This document shows, piece by piece, positions 28,385-38,789 of a DNA stretch of 64,000 bases. Position numbers and translations under genes: made by a program. The notes beneath the pieces are model-generated. The model had not been told where the DNA came from. It saw only the letters and a list, made by a program, of their open reading frames with translations, and made no database searches. Every line of letters starts with the position of its first letter. Position 1 is the stretch's first letter. The DNA comes from an archaeon (lineage in GTDB: Archaea > Undinarchaeota > Undinarchaeia > Undinarchaeales > JBDRKL01): contig JBDRKL010000004.1 of NCBI GenBank assembly GCA_043814055.1, positions 64,001 to 128,000 on the forward strand, read 5' to 3'.

Positions 28385-29488
28385 ATGCTTGACCTTGCCC
28401 TTAGGGACCTAACCAGCCACAAGCTTAGAAGCTTTCTGACCGTCCTAGGTGTAATCATAGCAATTGCCGCCATAGTGTCCCTGGGCTCTTTCACTGCCGG
28501 AATAAACGAGCTTGTTCAGGGTCAGGCTGAGATGGTATCTGGAAAGATATTGCTCACCCAAGAGGGGGCTAGTACTATGCAAGGTCCTCCTTCTGGCGAG
28601 ATAACAACAGACGATTTGGACGAAATCCGGCAGATGGACGGTGTTGACGCTGTTGCAGGTCTATTTCTCAAGCAGTCCGGCCAGCGAATGCTGGTCGGCG
28701 TTGACTTTGACAATATGGAACTCCTTGAGATGGACGAGATAAAAATGGAGGAGGGGGATTGGCCAGAGGCTGGAGATTACAAAATTGCTGTTGGCCACAC
28801 GGTTTCTGAAACCTCCAATCTTGGAATAGGAGACACGGTCAAGTTTGAGGATACCGAGCTTGAGGTCTCTGGAATTGTGGAAGAGCTCGGCACATTCATA
28901 GACCTGGGCATGATAACTTCTTTAGAAATCGCGCAGGAAGCTTTTGATGCCAAAGATGTGGTGACAATGGCTTACGTGAAGCCGAATGACATTTCAGACG
29001 TTGAGAGCATAGTTGAGGATATTGAAGAGGAGTTTTCAACAATTAACGCAGGAACAGTTGAGGAAGAGATAGAGAAGGCGCAGGAGGGGATAAGGCAGAT
29101 ACAGCTCATAACACTCAGCATCGGCTTTATCACTTCGCTCGTAGCGGCAATCGGAATCATAAACACGATGTTCATGTCAATCACTGAGAAGACCAAGCAA
29201 ATAGGCATAATGAAAGCAGTTGGCGCCAGCCACAGGGACATAATCATGGATGTTCTCCAGCAGGCGCTTCTGATGTCATTTTTCGGCGGGTTCGTTGGAG
29301 TTATGATTGGTTTAATAGGCACAGCTGGCGTGAACGCGGCAATGGGAATGCCGCTCGCGCGCGTGACTTGGTCTTTAGCGCTCTACAGTTTCTCTTACGG
29401 CGTGGTCCTTACGCTCGGCTCTGCGCTCTACCCAGCAATTAAAGCATCCAAAATTGACCCAATCAAGGCAATACAGGGTGGTGCCTGA
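28385..29488 (+). CDS. ABC transporter permease (MacB/FtsX type)
   Basis: KLRSFLTVLGVII...GIINTM...IGIMKAVGA...PAIKASKIDP. Confidence 0.92.
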   Translation: MLDLALRDLTSHKLRSFLTVLGVIIAIAAIVSLGSFTAGINELVQGQAEMVSGKILLTQEGASTMQGPPSGEITTDDLDEIRQMDGVDAVAGLFLKQSGQRMLVGVDFDNMELLEMDEIKMEEGDWPEAGDYKIAVGHTVSETSNLGIGDTVKFEDTELEVSGIVEELGTFIDLGMITSLEIAQEAFDAKDVVTMAYVKPNDISDVESIVEDIEEEFSTINAGTVEEEIEKAQEGIRQIQLITLSIGFITSLVAAIGIINTMFMSITEKTKQIGIMKAVGASHRDIIMDVLQQALLMSFFGGFVGVMIGLIGTAGVNAAMGMPLARVTWSLALYSFSYGVVLTLGSALYPAIKASKIDPIKAIQGGA

Positions 29489-30600
29489 TGATTCTGGACT
29501 CTACCCGCTCCGAGCTCACGCGGAACAAAACCAGGACAATGCTCACAATAACTGGCATAGTAATTGGCATTTTGCTCATCACCACAATGGCCTCGCTCAC
29601 TGAGGGAATCAAAGTCTCGCTTGACGAAAATATGGGCTTCCTTGAGGGTACAATAACAATAGTTGAGGACGCGGAAGGTATGAGCTTTATGAATTTTGTT
29701 ATGATGAGCGAGCTGGATGAAGACATTGTTGAGGAGCTTGAGGCATATGGCGAGATTGAGCAGGTGGCGCCAGTGCTTGTTGTAACCACTAGCGAAGGTA
29801 CTGTCCAGGGTATGAACTGGGGTGATATGAATATGTTTGATGGCTTTGACATCGGTTTCCAATCCGGTGGGCCATATGAAGATGATTCCAATGAAATAAT
29901 AATTGGAAGCATGATTTACGAGAACTATGACTATGACGTTGGTGATATCATCCGATTCTCTGGCGAGAATTTTGAAATAGTTGGAGTCCTGGAATCTGTT
30001 GGGAATCCACAGGACGACAGTTCAGTGATGACCTCTGTTAAAACCGCTCAGAGAATAGGGGGCAAGGAAGGTATTCTAACTGCGGTAATGGCGAAAGTTT
30101 CCGACCCTGAGGAGGCCGAAAGCATAGCAGAGAAGATAGAAGAGGACTTTGACGATGTAATCGCGCTGGTTGACAAGGACATTCAGCGCGAAGCTGGGAA
30201 GATGCTCGCGCAGATAAACGCAATGATTTACTCAATCGGCGGCATCGCATCCATGATTTCAATAATAGTCATAATGAACGTGATGTTCATGAGCGTCCGC
30301 GAGCGCACACGCGAAATCGGAACTATGAAAGCCATCGGAGCCACAAACCGGCAGATTCTTCTTGAAATAATGGGCGAAGCAATAATCATGGGTTTCATAG
30401 GCGGCTTGATTGGGCTTGGCCTAAGTTTCCTGGCTGTAATGGCAGTGAACGCAGCGATTGGCAGCCAGATGGCGCTCATATCACCTCGGCTTGCAGCAAT
30501 GTCAATCAGCTTCGCCTGCGTCATAGGTCTTATTGGAGGCGCGCTTCCTGCGAGGCAGGCGGCCAGGCTTGACCCGATTGTGGCGCTAAGATACGAATAA
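29488..30600 (+). CDS. ABC transporter permease (MacB/FtsX type)
   Basis: RTMLTITGIVIG...ERTREIGTMKAIGA...PARQAARLDPIVALRYE. Confidence 0.92.
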   Translation: MILDSTRSELTRNKTRTMLTITGIVIGILLITTMASLTEGIKVSLDENMGFLEGTITIVEDAEGMSFMNFVMMSELDEDIVEELEAYGEIEQVAPVLVVTTSEGTVQGMNWGDMNMFDGFDIGFQSGGPYEDDSNEIIIGSMIYENYDYDVGDIIRFSGENFEIVGVLESVGNPQDDSSVMTSVKTAQRIGGKEGILTAVMAKVSDPEEAESIAEKIEEDFDDVIALVDKDIQREAGKMLAQINAMIYSIGGIASMISIIVIMNVMFMSVRERTREIGTMKAIGATNRQILLEIMGEAIIMGFIGGLIGLGLSFLAVMAVNAAIGSQMALISPRLAAMSISFACVIGLIGGALPARQAARLDPIVALRYE

Positions 30601-30649
30601 AAACTTATTTAAAGCGCGGTTCTCTAGCTTTCTCAAGGAGGTAATTAAA

Positions 30650-30985
30650 ATGACAGATTTACCAAATGCACCAATTAAGAGGATTATGAACAAGGCAGGC
30701 GCAGAGAGAATGTCAGCAAGCGCAGTTGTGAAAGCAGCAGAGGCAGCCGAATCATACCTTGCAGACCTTGCAAAGCAGGCACTGGACAACGCAGCAAACG
30801 ACAGGCCGGCACGCAAGACCATCATGGACAAGGACATTGACGCCGCGCGCGAAGCACTCAGGAGCGGGGCAAGCTTCTCAGCACCAGTTCCATCAGAGCC
30901 AGTTGCAGAAGAGAGCTCAGAGCCAGCAGCTGAAGCATCAGCAGAATCTTCAGAATCCGCAACAGAAGAGAGCACGAGCTTCTAA
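30650..30985 (+). CDS. Archaeal histone with ~40-aa acidic C-terminal tail
   Basis: LPNAPIKRIMNKAGAERMS...RKTIMDKDI histone fold; GGAGGT SD. Confidence 0.9.
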   Translation: MTDLPNAPIKRIMNKAGAERMSASAVVKAAEAAESYLADLAKQALDNAANDRPARKTIMDKDIDAAREALRSGASFSAPVPSEPVAEESSEPAAEASAESSESATEESTSF

Positions 30986-31038
30986 GAAATTTTTTAATTC
31001 GGGAATTTATGCCTAGCGTGAGCTGAGGGCTTATTTTG

Positions 31039-31794
31039 CTAGTCTATTTTCCCAAGCATCCTGAGAACCCCGCCTAGCTCGCCTGCAGTCGGGGTATATG
31101 AGCGTACGCAGTCAATCGCGCAGAGCGCGCCTGTGAAGAAGGATTTCCGCAGTTCATCCATAAGTTCCTCAATTTCAAGTTTGTCCTTATCAGACCGCGT
31201 TATTGAGTGAACATATTTACGTGTGCAGTTTTTTATTTCATCAAGCATTTCAGTAGAATTGTCTGGTTTTGGGGTTTTGCCAAGTTTAGCGCCTGCCTCT
31301 TCTACCAACCCTTTAAGTTTCGTGGTTTCTGCGTTGTCCACATTTGAATCCTTCAGTATCTTTATAGCTGCAAACACTCCCCCTATAAAAAACCTGTTGT
31401 TCCTCGCGCGCCTTTTGTCTAAAAGCACGCTGATTATCGCCTCTTCTACTAGCATGAGCTTTTTGACGCCTTTCTCTGCCTTCATCTCTTCCAGCTGCTT
31501 TACCATTTCCTGATGCTTTTTTACCTCCTTCTCCCCGTCCGCAACATCAAGATAGAATGCAAGGCTGTAATGCTCACTCCTCAGTATTTTTCTCGCCTCT
31601 TCGCACGCTTTCTGGAGGCTCTCCGCTCTGCCTCTAGTTTCGCCTATCCTTTTGTCCATCTTACGGAGCTCTTCCCGTATTACTAATACCCAAGCCAGAT
31701 TCTCCTTTAGGCTCTGCTTGCTGTCAATAAATATCCTGTTCGCAATAGCATATTGGCCTTCAAGCTGCCTGAATAAGTCGCCTGCGTTGGTCAT
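31039..31794 (-). CDS. Hypothetical helical/coiled-coil protein
   Basis: 251-aa ORF with internally repeated FFxG(G/A)V/L motif; no family recognised. Confidence 0.6.
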   Translation of the reverse strand: MTNAGDLFRQLEGQYAIANRIFIDSKQSLKENLAWVLVIREELRKMDKRIGETRGRAESLQKACEEARKILRSEHYSLAFYLDVADGEKEVKKHQEMVKQLEEMKAEKGVKKLMLVEEAIISVLLDKRRARNNRFFIGGVFAAIKILKDSNVDNAETTKLKGLVEEAGAKLGKTPKPDNSTEMLDEIKNCTRKYVHSITRSDKDKLEIEELMDELRKSFFTGALCAIDCVRSYTPTAGELGGVLRMLGKID

Positions 31795-31867
31795 AAATTA
31801 TACGTGTATTCCCCTGCCTATAAACTTTCCCCAAAGTTTAATTATTTGAAGAACTTATTCTTCTTTA

Positions 31868-32095
31868 ATGAAAGCTCCGCCTGGCCGCGGAGGTGGGCCA
31901 CGTCGGGGGATGCTCGCTTCAGCACGCAGCTCGTGCTGAGGCATGCGCTGCGTGTCTCTGCATGCTGGCGCATGCAGATCACTCGATCCCCCATATTGAG
32001 AAAAACATGAAAGCACCAAACACTCCGCCTGGCCGCGGAGGATGGCGTCAGGGGCATTCGCTCCTTTCAGTCGCGAAGCCCCAATAGAGGTTTAG
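31868..32095. mobile_element. Two tandem family-A elements at the nre 5' end (opposite orientation to the other copies)
   Basis: Cores CTCCGC-CTGGCC-GCGGAG at 31875-31892 and 32023-32040, preceded by duplicated nre starts (ATGAAAGC at 31868; ATGAAAGCACCAAA at 32007; functional start 32096). Confidence 0.85.
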
Positions 32096-33298
32096 ATGAA
32101 AGCACCAAATATGTGTATAGCCTGCAAAGGCGCAAGAGCCCTATGCGGCAACGAACGCTGTCCCCTACTCGCAAGAGTAAATGTCACGCCAAAGCTCACA
32201 GGCAGAATTGGAACCGACTTCTTCGGCCCGTCCCCCAGCGTTTTCGTGGGCAGAATAGGCTACCCAAATCTCTATATGGGTCCGCTCGCGACTTTTCAGG
32301 AAGAAGAAAACCCTGAGCTTATGGACACGCCGAGCTCCTGGATGAATATGAGCTATGACAAGATTGTTGAAATGCGCTCAATGCTCATCCGCTCCAAGTC
32401 AGTGCAGAACATTTTCTCAAAATCAAGATTCATTGAAGAGAACCAGGAGCTTGCGCTCGCTGAGCGGCCGACTGATGTTGAGCTGAACTTCTCCCGCGAG
32501 CCAACCTACAAGGTCTCTTTCTCTGACGTGCATCAGCCAATGGGCCCGTCAGCTCCGCTAGAAAAAATGAAAATCACCGAGAACGTGAAGATAAACCGCA
32601 AAGTAGACCGCATAGTTTCAGACGACTTGAAAGCGAACGAGTCAGTGCTCAACCTCTACGACATTGATGTTGACGTTTACAAAATCACCACAATCCTCAG
32701 CTCAGGCGCGCTCGGCCTGGAGCAAAACCAGAAGCTCGTTCCTACAAGATGGAGCATAACCGCTACGGACGATATGGTCGCAAAGAATCTCATTGAGCAG
32801 GTCAAGGACTTCAAGAGCGTGAGTGAGTTCAACGTGTTTGAGTTTGAATACCTCAGCAACCACTTCTGCATACTCGCAATGCCTGGCAACTGGGAGTTTG
32901 AGAACTTTGAGGCCTGGGCGCCGGGCTCGTTCTGGAGCCAGGGTTTGAAGAATACTGCGATTACTGAAGAATACGAATCCTTTGAAGGCCGCAAGAAATA
33001 CGCAACAGAGCAGGGTGGCGGCTACTACGCTGCGCGCCTAGGGGTTGTGGAAGGGCTCAGCGAGCTCAAGCGGCAGGCAAGAATTGTTTCGTTCAGGGAA
33101 ATTTATGAAGGCTACACAGTTCCTCTTGGCGTTTGGGTAGTTAGAGAAGCTGCTCGGAACGCTATGCGCCAGCTGCCTGTGAAATTCACAACCCTAAAAG
33201 AAGCGCTTGCGCACATCAACTCAAGAATGCGAATTGACACGAGTGATTATTTCTCAAAGAGCAGGATTCTGAGGCAGAAGCGGCTTACTGAGTATTAA
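32096..33298 (+). CDS. nreA: Nre family DNA repair protein
   Basis: CIACKG...CP, SVFVGR.GYP, LVPTRWSITA.D, GGYYAAR, C-terminal PIP box QKRLTEY. Confidence 0.92.
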   Translation: MKAPNMCIACKGARALCGNERCPLLARVNVTPKLTGRIGTDFFGPSPSVFVGRIGYPNLYMGPLATFQEEENPELMDTPSSWMNMSYDKIVEMRSMLIRSKSVQNIFSKSRFIEENQELALAERPTDVELNFSREPTYKVSFSDVHQPMGPSAPLEKMKITENVKINRKVDRIVSDDLKANESVLNLYDIDVDVYKITTILSSGALGLEQNQKLVPTRWSITATDDMVAKNLIEQVKDFKSVSEFNVFEFEYLSNHFCILAMPGNWEFENFEAWAPGSFWSQGLKNTAITEEYESFEGRKKYATEQGGGYYAARLGVVEGLSELKRQARIVSFREIYEGYTVPLGVWVVREAARNAMRQLPVKFTTLKEALAHINSRMRIDTSDYFSKSRILRQKRLTEY

Positions 33299-33654
33299 AC
33301 AAAAGGCCAAACACTGTATGAGTACATCCCAGCAATAACTATAATCGCAGCCGCGACTATGTAATTTCCTAAAAAGTATATCACGTACGCAAGCCAGTCT
33401 GGCTTCATATTCTTCTTCAGTCTGTGCAGCTCGTACTCCTCCATCGCTGAGACCATTATGAACGCGCCGTAGGCGAGCAGGAAGAATCCAATCACGTTCG
33501 TGTAATAAAGCAGCGTACCCCCTGCAAATAGGACCATAATGCCGTTCGCTATCGCGCCCTTGTAAGTGAACTTTTCCCGCGTAGCCCAGCCGATTAGCAG
33601 AATCATTATTGCCTGGGCCATTGTTGCAACAATTGACGGCTCTACATACACCAT
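33295..33654 (-). CDS. Hypothetical membrane protein
   Basis: About 4 hydrophobic segments. Confidence 0.65.
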   Translation of the reverse strand: MVYVEPSIVATMAQAIMILLIGWATREKFTYKGAIANGIMVLFAGGTLLYYTNVIGFFLLAYGAFIMVSAMEEYELHRLKKNMKPDWLAYVIYFLGNYIVAAAIIVIAGMYSYSVWPFV

Positions 33655-33685
33655 AAAAAAGCATATGGGAACGTCCTTTATATAA

Positions 33686-34870
33686 TTATTTTGAGCAGTG
33701 AATGCTGATTACGTCCCCGCTCTTCAGTTCATAGTCAGCCCCGACCTTCTTCTTTGTCCGCGCGTCAATTCCGCAAACGAAATTCTTGCCAATATCCGTG
33801 TGAATCTTGTAAGCGAACTCGCGAGCAGTTGTGCCTTTCGGAATCAAATGCGCATCCGGAAGCACGCAGCCTTTCTTGTCCTCATACTTGTTCTCGTCCT
33901 CAACAGGGTAAACCACAATCAGGTTGAGCATTTCAAAAACCGCCTTGTCAATTGCTTTCTGAACTCCTGTGCCATTAAACTTCTTCAAGACCTTTTCCTT
34001 GATAAACTCAAGCGCTTTCTTCTGCGCTTCCTCAACATCCCCTATTATTTCAAAATCATCACTGCCTGGGTCATATTTTAAAATTCCTTTCTCAGCAGCG
34101 CGTCTTAGCGCGAGCTCGGAATCAGCTGAGGTTGGAATCGCGCCCTCCAGGTTCGGCAGGAATTTCTCAGCCTCTGGAATGTCGCACTTGTTCGCGCAAA
34201 TGAGAATCTGCTTTGAAAACTCTCTCAGTTTTGTTGCAAACCTTTTCAAATCATCATCATTCCAGTCAGATGGCTTTTCAATATCCAAACCAAGCTCTCT
34301 CACAGCAGAACCAATATAATGCTCCTTAACTTTCAATCCACTAAATCTTTCAACAAGAGCTTTCATCACCTCGCCTTTCTCCATCTGCAGTTTCCGCGCG
34401 AAAGCTTCCCAGTCCTTCTTGATTAGCGCAAGGAACCACAAATCTAATTCGTTTTCAAGGAACGTGATGTCCTCCTCGGGGTTATGCTCTCCTGGACTGC
34501 ACGGCTTGCCCTCAGAATCTGTTGAGCCAGATGCGTCAATCACGTGAATCAGCGCATCTGCTTGCCTCAAATCATCCAAGAATTTATTCCCAAGCCCTTT
34601 GCCCTCGTGCGCCCCTGGGACTAATCCGGCAACGTCAAGCATCTCAATCGGGATGTAACGTGTTCCATCCCTGCATTCAGAGTTGTTCGGGTTGCACTCA
34701 ACGCCGAATTCCTTGCACGGGCATGGCGCCCTGACGTAAGCTATGCCGCGGTTAGGCTCAATGGTTGTAAAAGGGTAATTCGCAATCTCTGCAGTGGCAA
34801 GTGTCGCGGCGTTCAGGAAAGTGCTTTTGCCGCAGTTCGGTTTTCCGACTATGCCTAATAGTTTTGCCAT
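33686..34870 (-). CDS. ychF: Archaeal YchF/Ygr210-type Obg-family GTPase/ATPase
   Basis: GKPNCGKST, YPFTTIEPN, DVAGLVPGA, NKCD, C-terminal TGS domain. Confidence 0.92.
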   Translation of the reverse strand: MAKLLGIVGKPNCGKSTFLNAATLATAEIANYPFTTIEPNRGIAYVRAPCPCKEFGVECNPNNSECRDGTRYIPIEMLDVAGLVPGAHEGKGLGNKFLDDLRQADALIHVIDASGSTDSEGKPCSPGEHNPEEDITFLENELDLWFLALIKKDWEAFARKLQMEKGEVMKALVERFSGLKVKEHYIGSAVRELGLDIEKPSDWNDDDLKRFATKLREFSKQILICANKCDIPEAEKFLPNLEGAIPTSADSELALRRAAEKGILKYDPGSDDFEIIGDVEEAQKKALEFIKEKVLKKFNGTGVQKAIDKAVFEMLNLIVVYPVEDENKYEDKKGCVLPDAHLIPKGTTAREFAYKIHTDIGKNFVCGIDARTKKKVGADYELKSGDVISIHCSK

Positions 34871-34916
34871 CTCACCACAACCTATTTATGCAAATTCCCT
34901 ATATTATACCTTTGCA

Positions 34917-35420
34917 ATGAAATCACCTATATGCGGGCTCTGCGCGAGTATGGAATCGCTGTGCAGCTCCTGCCAGGGGAAGGTGGACTCCGGTGAGGCA
35001 ACGCTGGCTGATGTTGAGCTAGCGCGCGCTTTGACCCAGCTCGCCCACAACATTCCGCCTCTGGACAAGGCCGAGTTCAAGCGCGCTGTTTCTGTTGACA
35101 ATGTTATGCTCGTTACTGTGCCGAAGGGCACTGCAGGCCAGATGATTGGCCGTGGCGGAACTTTCGTGAAGGAAATTTCAAGCAGGCTCGGCAAGCAGGT
35201 CAAGGTGCTTGAGGAGACCAATGACCACCGCGAAATAATGCAGAAAGTCCTGTTCCCGGCGCGCTGCCTTGGCGTGAACGTGGTATATGGAGCGCGCGGC
35301 AAGGACGGGTTCAAGATCCGGGTTGCAAAGACTGACCGCGTAAAAGTGGACAACCCAGAGTCGTATGAGAAGCTCTTCAGCCAAGTGCTGGGAAAAGAGA
35401 CTAAGATTAGTTTTGAATAG
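34917..35420 (+). CDS. NusA-like KH-domain protein with N-terminal Zn motif
   Basis: PICGLC...LCSSC, IGRGG KH motif; start placed at MKSPIC. Confidence 0.8.
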   Translation: MKSPICGLCASMESLCSSCQGKVDSGEATLADVELARALTQLAHNIPPLDKAEFKRAVSVDNVMLVTVPKGTAGQMIGRGGTFVKEISSRLGKQVKVLEETNDHREIMQKVLFPARCLGVNVVYGARGKDGFKIRVAKTDRVKVDNPESYEKLFSQVLGKETKISFE

Positions 35421-35451
35421 GTTTATTTATGTTGAAGGTTAAGTAATTCTT

Positions 35452-37188
35452 ATGAGACTCGCAATAGTAGATAATGATCAGTGCAACCCTGAAACCTGCG
35501 GAGGCTTTCTCTGCGCCAGGGTATGCCCTGTGAACCGCGCCAAGAAGGCGTGCATTACTCAAAATTCTGAAATAAACCGGCCGCAGATAAATGAGGACTT
35601 GTGCATCGGCTGCGGAATCTGCGTGAACAAGTGCCCGGTTGATGCAATCACAATCATAAACCTCGCAGAGGAGCTCAAGGACGATTTGCTCCACAGATAC
35701 GGCGAGAACGGATTCGCGCTCTACCGCGGGCCAATCCCAATCAAGAACCAGGTTGTCGGTTTACTTGGTCAGAACGGAACTGGAAAAACCACTGCGCTCC
35801 AGATTCTCTCAGGCGACCTGAAGCCGAACCTCGGCGCAGAAACTGAAGCGACCAAGGAGCAGCTCAAGGAATTCTTCAAGGGCTCGGAGATGCAGGACTA
35901 CTTTGAGAACATTGAGCAGAAAAAGATGTCCTACAAGCCGCAGTACGTTGACCGGATTCCAAAAATGTTCAAGGGCAAAGTCAAGGACTTGCTAAAAAAA
36001 TCCGACGAGCGCAAAATCTATGACAAAATGGTCAAGGAGCTCGGCATGGAAGCGTTCTTGGAAAATGATATCACTGAAATCTCCGGCGGAGAGCTGCAAA
36101 AAACTGCGATTGCCGCAGCGATTATGAAAAACGCTGACATTTACTTCTTTGACGAGCCTTCCTCATACTTGGACGTCAAGGAGAGGCTTAAAATCGCGCG
36201 CGCGATTCAGGAATTGGCAAAGGAAAAACTCGTGATGGTTGTGGAGCACGACCTTGTTGTGCTTGACTACCTCACGGACCTGGTGCACGTATTCTACGGC
36301 AAGCCAGCAGCGTACGGAATAGTGAGCTTCCCCAAGGCAGCGCGGAACGGAATCAACGCATATTTAGAAGGGTTCCTCAAGGAAGAGAACGTTCGCTTCA
36401 GGGAAACTCCAATCAAGTTCATTGTGAAGGGCGCGGAGAAAGGAAAGAAACTTAATCCAATTGTAAATTTTGAAGGGCTCAGCAAGAAGTTTGACAATTT
36501 TGAACTCACTGTTGAGAAAGGAGAAATCCACGAAAAGGAAATTGTCGGAGTTCTTGGCCCGAATGCAACAGGCAAAACAACTTTCATGAAGATGCTCGCA
36601 GGGGAATTGAAGTCAGACTCTGGCAATTTGAGCAAGGAAATCAAAATCTCATACAAACCGCAATACATCAAGCCAGAAGATGACTTGTTTGTGCGAGTTG
36701 CACTTGCAAAAACACCCCAGAAGCTCATCGCAGACCTCAGCCTTGAAAAGCTACTTGAGAAAAAGCTCGGCCAGCTCTCAGGCGGGGAACTGCAGAGAGT
36801 AGCAATCGCGCGGTGCCTGAGCCAGGAAGCAGACCTTTACCTGCTTGACGAGCCCTCGGCGCACTTGGACGTTGAGCAGCGCGTGAACGTTGCAGACATC
36901 TTGAAGCGGGATATTTCAACCCGCGAGAAGAGCGCAATAGTAATTGACCACGACATAATGTTCCTTGATTACTTGAGCGACAGGCTCATGACATTCCTTG
37001 GCGAACCAGGTAAAAAGGGCGAAGGCAAAGGACCTTACGCAATGGAAGAAGGAATGAACCTGTTCTTGAAGGACTTGGACATCACGTTCCGCAGGGACCC
37101 GGACACAGGCAGACCGAGGTCAAATAAACCTGACTCAGTAAAAGACAGGGAGCAGAAGAAGAGTGGGAATTGGTATTATGTTAAATAA
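35452..37188 (+). CDS. rli: Ribosome recycling ATPase ABCE1/RLI
   Basis: N-terminal 2x[4Fe-4S] Cys pattern, two ABC cassettes, FRRD...RPR.NK..S.KDREQK. Confidence 0.97.
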   Translation: MRLAIVDNDQCNPETCGGFLCARVCPVNRAKKACITQNSEINRPQINEDLCIGCGICVNKCPVDAITIINLAEELKDDLLHRYGENGFALYRGPIPIKNQVVGLLGQNGTGKTTALQILSGDLKPNLGAETEATKEQLKEFFKGSEMQDYFENIEQKKMSYKPQYVDRIPKMFKGKVKDLLKKSDERKIYDKMVKELGMEAFLENDITEISGGELQKTAIAAAIMKNADIYFFDEPSSYLDVKERLKIARAIQELAKEKLVMVVEHDLVVLDYLTDLVHVFYGKPAAYGIVSFPKAARNGINAYLEGFLKEENVRFRETPIKFIVKGAEKGKKLNPIVNFEGLSKKFDNFELTVEKGEIHEKEIVGVLGPNATGKTTFMKMLAGELKSDSGNLSKEIKISYKPQYIKPEDDLFVRVALAKTPQKLIADLSLEKLLEKKLGQLSGGELQRVAIARCLSQEADLYLLDEPSAHLDVEQRVNVADILKRDISTREKSAIVIDHDIMFLDYLSDRLMTFLGEPGKKGEGKGPYAMEEGMNLFLKDLDITFRRDPDTGRPRSNKPDSVKDREQKKSGNWYYVK

Positions 37189-38335
37189 TCACATGCTTAT
37201 ACACAAACAACCCGCTCAAAATCTTCGGCGCAAAAAAAGTTGACTTCTCTGGCATTACAATGTTTGAATCTTCCAAGCCTGCGTTTGCAACTTCCATTAA
37301 TTCTTCAATTGAAACTGGGTGCAGCGCAATCGCAGCATCATACTTGCCCCCGTCAACAACTTTCTTCATTGTGTCAAGCTCGGACTCTGCGTAGTAGTCA
37401 AAGTGCGCGTGGTCCATAATCATGTCGTGCGTCAGCTCAAACACTGGGTAAACTTCCCTTTCAAGAATGCTTGAGTCAAATTTGCCAACAACATCGTCAG
37501 GGACTTCCTTTGCATTCAGCAAATAGGACTTGCCACCTGAGTAGATGCAGAACTGGTGCTTCTCCGGGGTCTTGAACTCGTTAGTCTCTTCGAGCTCAAA
37601 CCTGTCGCTTACTTCGTCAAACTTTTTCACTCCAGTTACCACGCGGTTGTACGCCTGAATCTTGGCCTCTTCAACAATGTACGCCAAAAAGTGCGTCTGG
37701 TTATTCTTCAGCGAAGTGTGATATCTGTGGTGCCCGTCCGCGATATAGAGGTTGTTCTTGCCGATGAGCTCCTTGAGCTTTTTGCCTTCTGCGCTGTTCT
37801 CCTTGACGCGGAAAACTCTGTTCTTTATCCCGTTCAGCTCGCTCTGCCCGCCAAAGTCAGATGTGAACTCATACTCTGGCTCGTATTTTGACTTAATCTC
37901 CTCAAGCACTGAGCTGATTGGGGACTTGGTCAGCAAAAACACAGGGCCGAATGAGTAGCCAGTGGTTCGCCTAAGCTTCAGCCTGCCTTGGACTTTCTCG
38001 TCAAAAGTTTTCTCGTGCCGGATAATCTCGCCTTTTGAGTAATCGCTAACAGCCGCGGCAACGAACACGCCGGTTCGCGTCTCGTTCCCATAGCGCTGCT
38101 CGTAAACATAAAAACACGGCTCGTTATCCTCAATGAGCGCCCCGCGCTCAATAAGCTCCTCAAGCGCGCCAACAGGGTGGGAGCCGAGCGTGATGTGAAA
38201 TAATGAATTCTCTCTCTGCTGCAAAAATTTCTCCAGCTCTGTGCCTGGCTTTATTACGTCATATGGCGGGGCAGTGACCTCGCCGACTTTTTCCTTTGAA
38301 GGCCTAAGGCCTGTAAGTCCAATTATCTCTACCAT
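37181..38335 (-). CDS. DUF1015 family protein
   Basis: APPYDVI, RHEKT, YIADGHHRY, MPEKSTFFAPK. Confidence 0.9.
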   Translation of the reverse strand: MVEIIGLTGLRPSKEKVGEVTAPPYDVIKPGTELEKFLQQRENSLFHITLGSHPVGALEELIERGALIEDNEPCFYVYEQRYGNETRTGVFVAAAVSDYSKGEIIRHEKTFDEKVQGRLKLRRTTGYSFGPVFLLTKSPISSVLEEIKSKYEPEYEFTSDFGGQSELNGIKNRVFRVKENSAEGKKLKELIGKNNLYIADGHHRYHTSLKNNQTHFLAYIVEEAKIQAYNRVVTGVKKFDEVSDRFELEETNEFKTPEKHQFCIYSGGKSYLLNAKEVPDDVVGKFDSSILEREVYPVFELTHDMIMDHAHFDYYAESELDTMKKVVDGGKYDAAIALHPVSIEELMEVANAGLEDSNIVMPEKSTFFAPKILSGLFVYKHVII

Positions 38336-38386
38336 TTCTCAATGCACCTCGTGGCGCTCTATCCGTTCAAGTGGTTTAAATATATT

Positions 38387-38746
38387 TCACTTCCCAACAG
38401 TCATAACCAGTTCTTCTTGCTCAGCAATTATCTTGTTCATGTTGTCGTTTGACAGCTTTTGGTCGAGCTTGATAAGCAGTTGAGCGTATGGATTCCTCTC
38501 GTTTAGCTTGTACATTTTCGCTCTTCCCACGCAACGGGTGTGCTTTATGAGCCCGACTTCTATGAGCCGCGGGATGACCTCGTGTAGCGTGGTCCAGCCA
38601 ACTTCTGCGCCTTCCTCTATGTCCGAGAGCGAGTAGTCCAATCCCCTGCCGAGTATTAAAAGGTCAATAACCCGTATGGTTGGCGAATTCCCAAGCGCCT
38701 TTGTTAAAAAAGTTTCTTCATATGTCATATTTGTTTCCATACACAA
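38387..38746 (-). CDS. Winged-helix DNA-binding protein
   Basis: RVIDLL...DYSLSDIEEGAEVGWTTL...VGRAKMYKLN. Confidence 0.75.
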   Translation of the reverse strand: MCMETNMTYEETFLTKALGNSPTIRVIDLLILGRGLDYSLSDIEEGAEVGWTTLHEVIPRLIEVGLIKHTRCVGRAKMYKLNERNPYAQLLIKLDQKLSNDNMNKIIAEQEELVMTVGK

Positions 38747-38789
38747 CCTCCTATTTAAATGTTTGTTTTTAGAGCTTTATTATTCTTTT

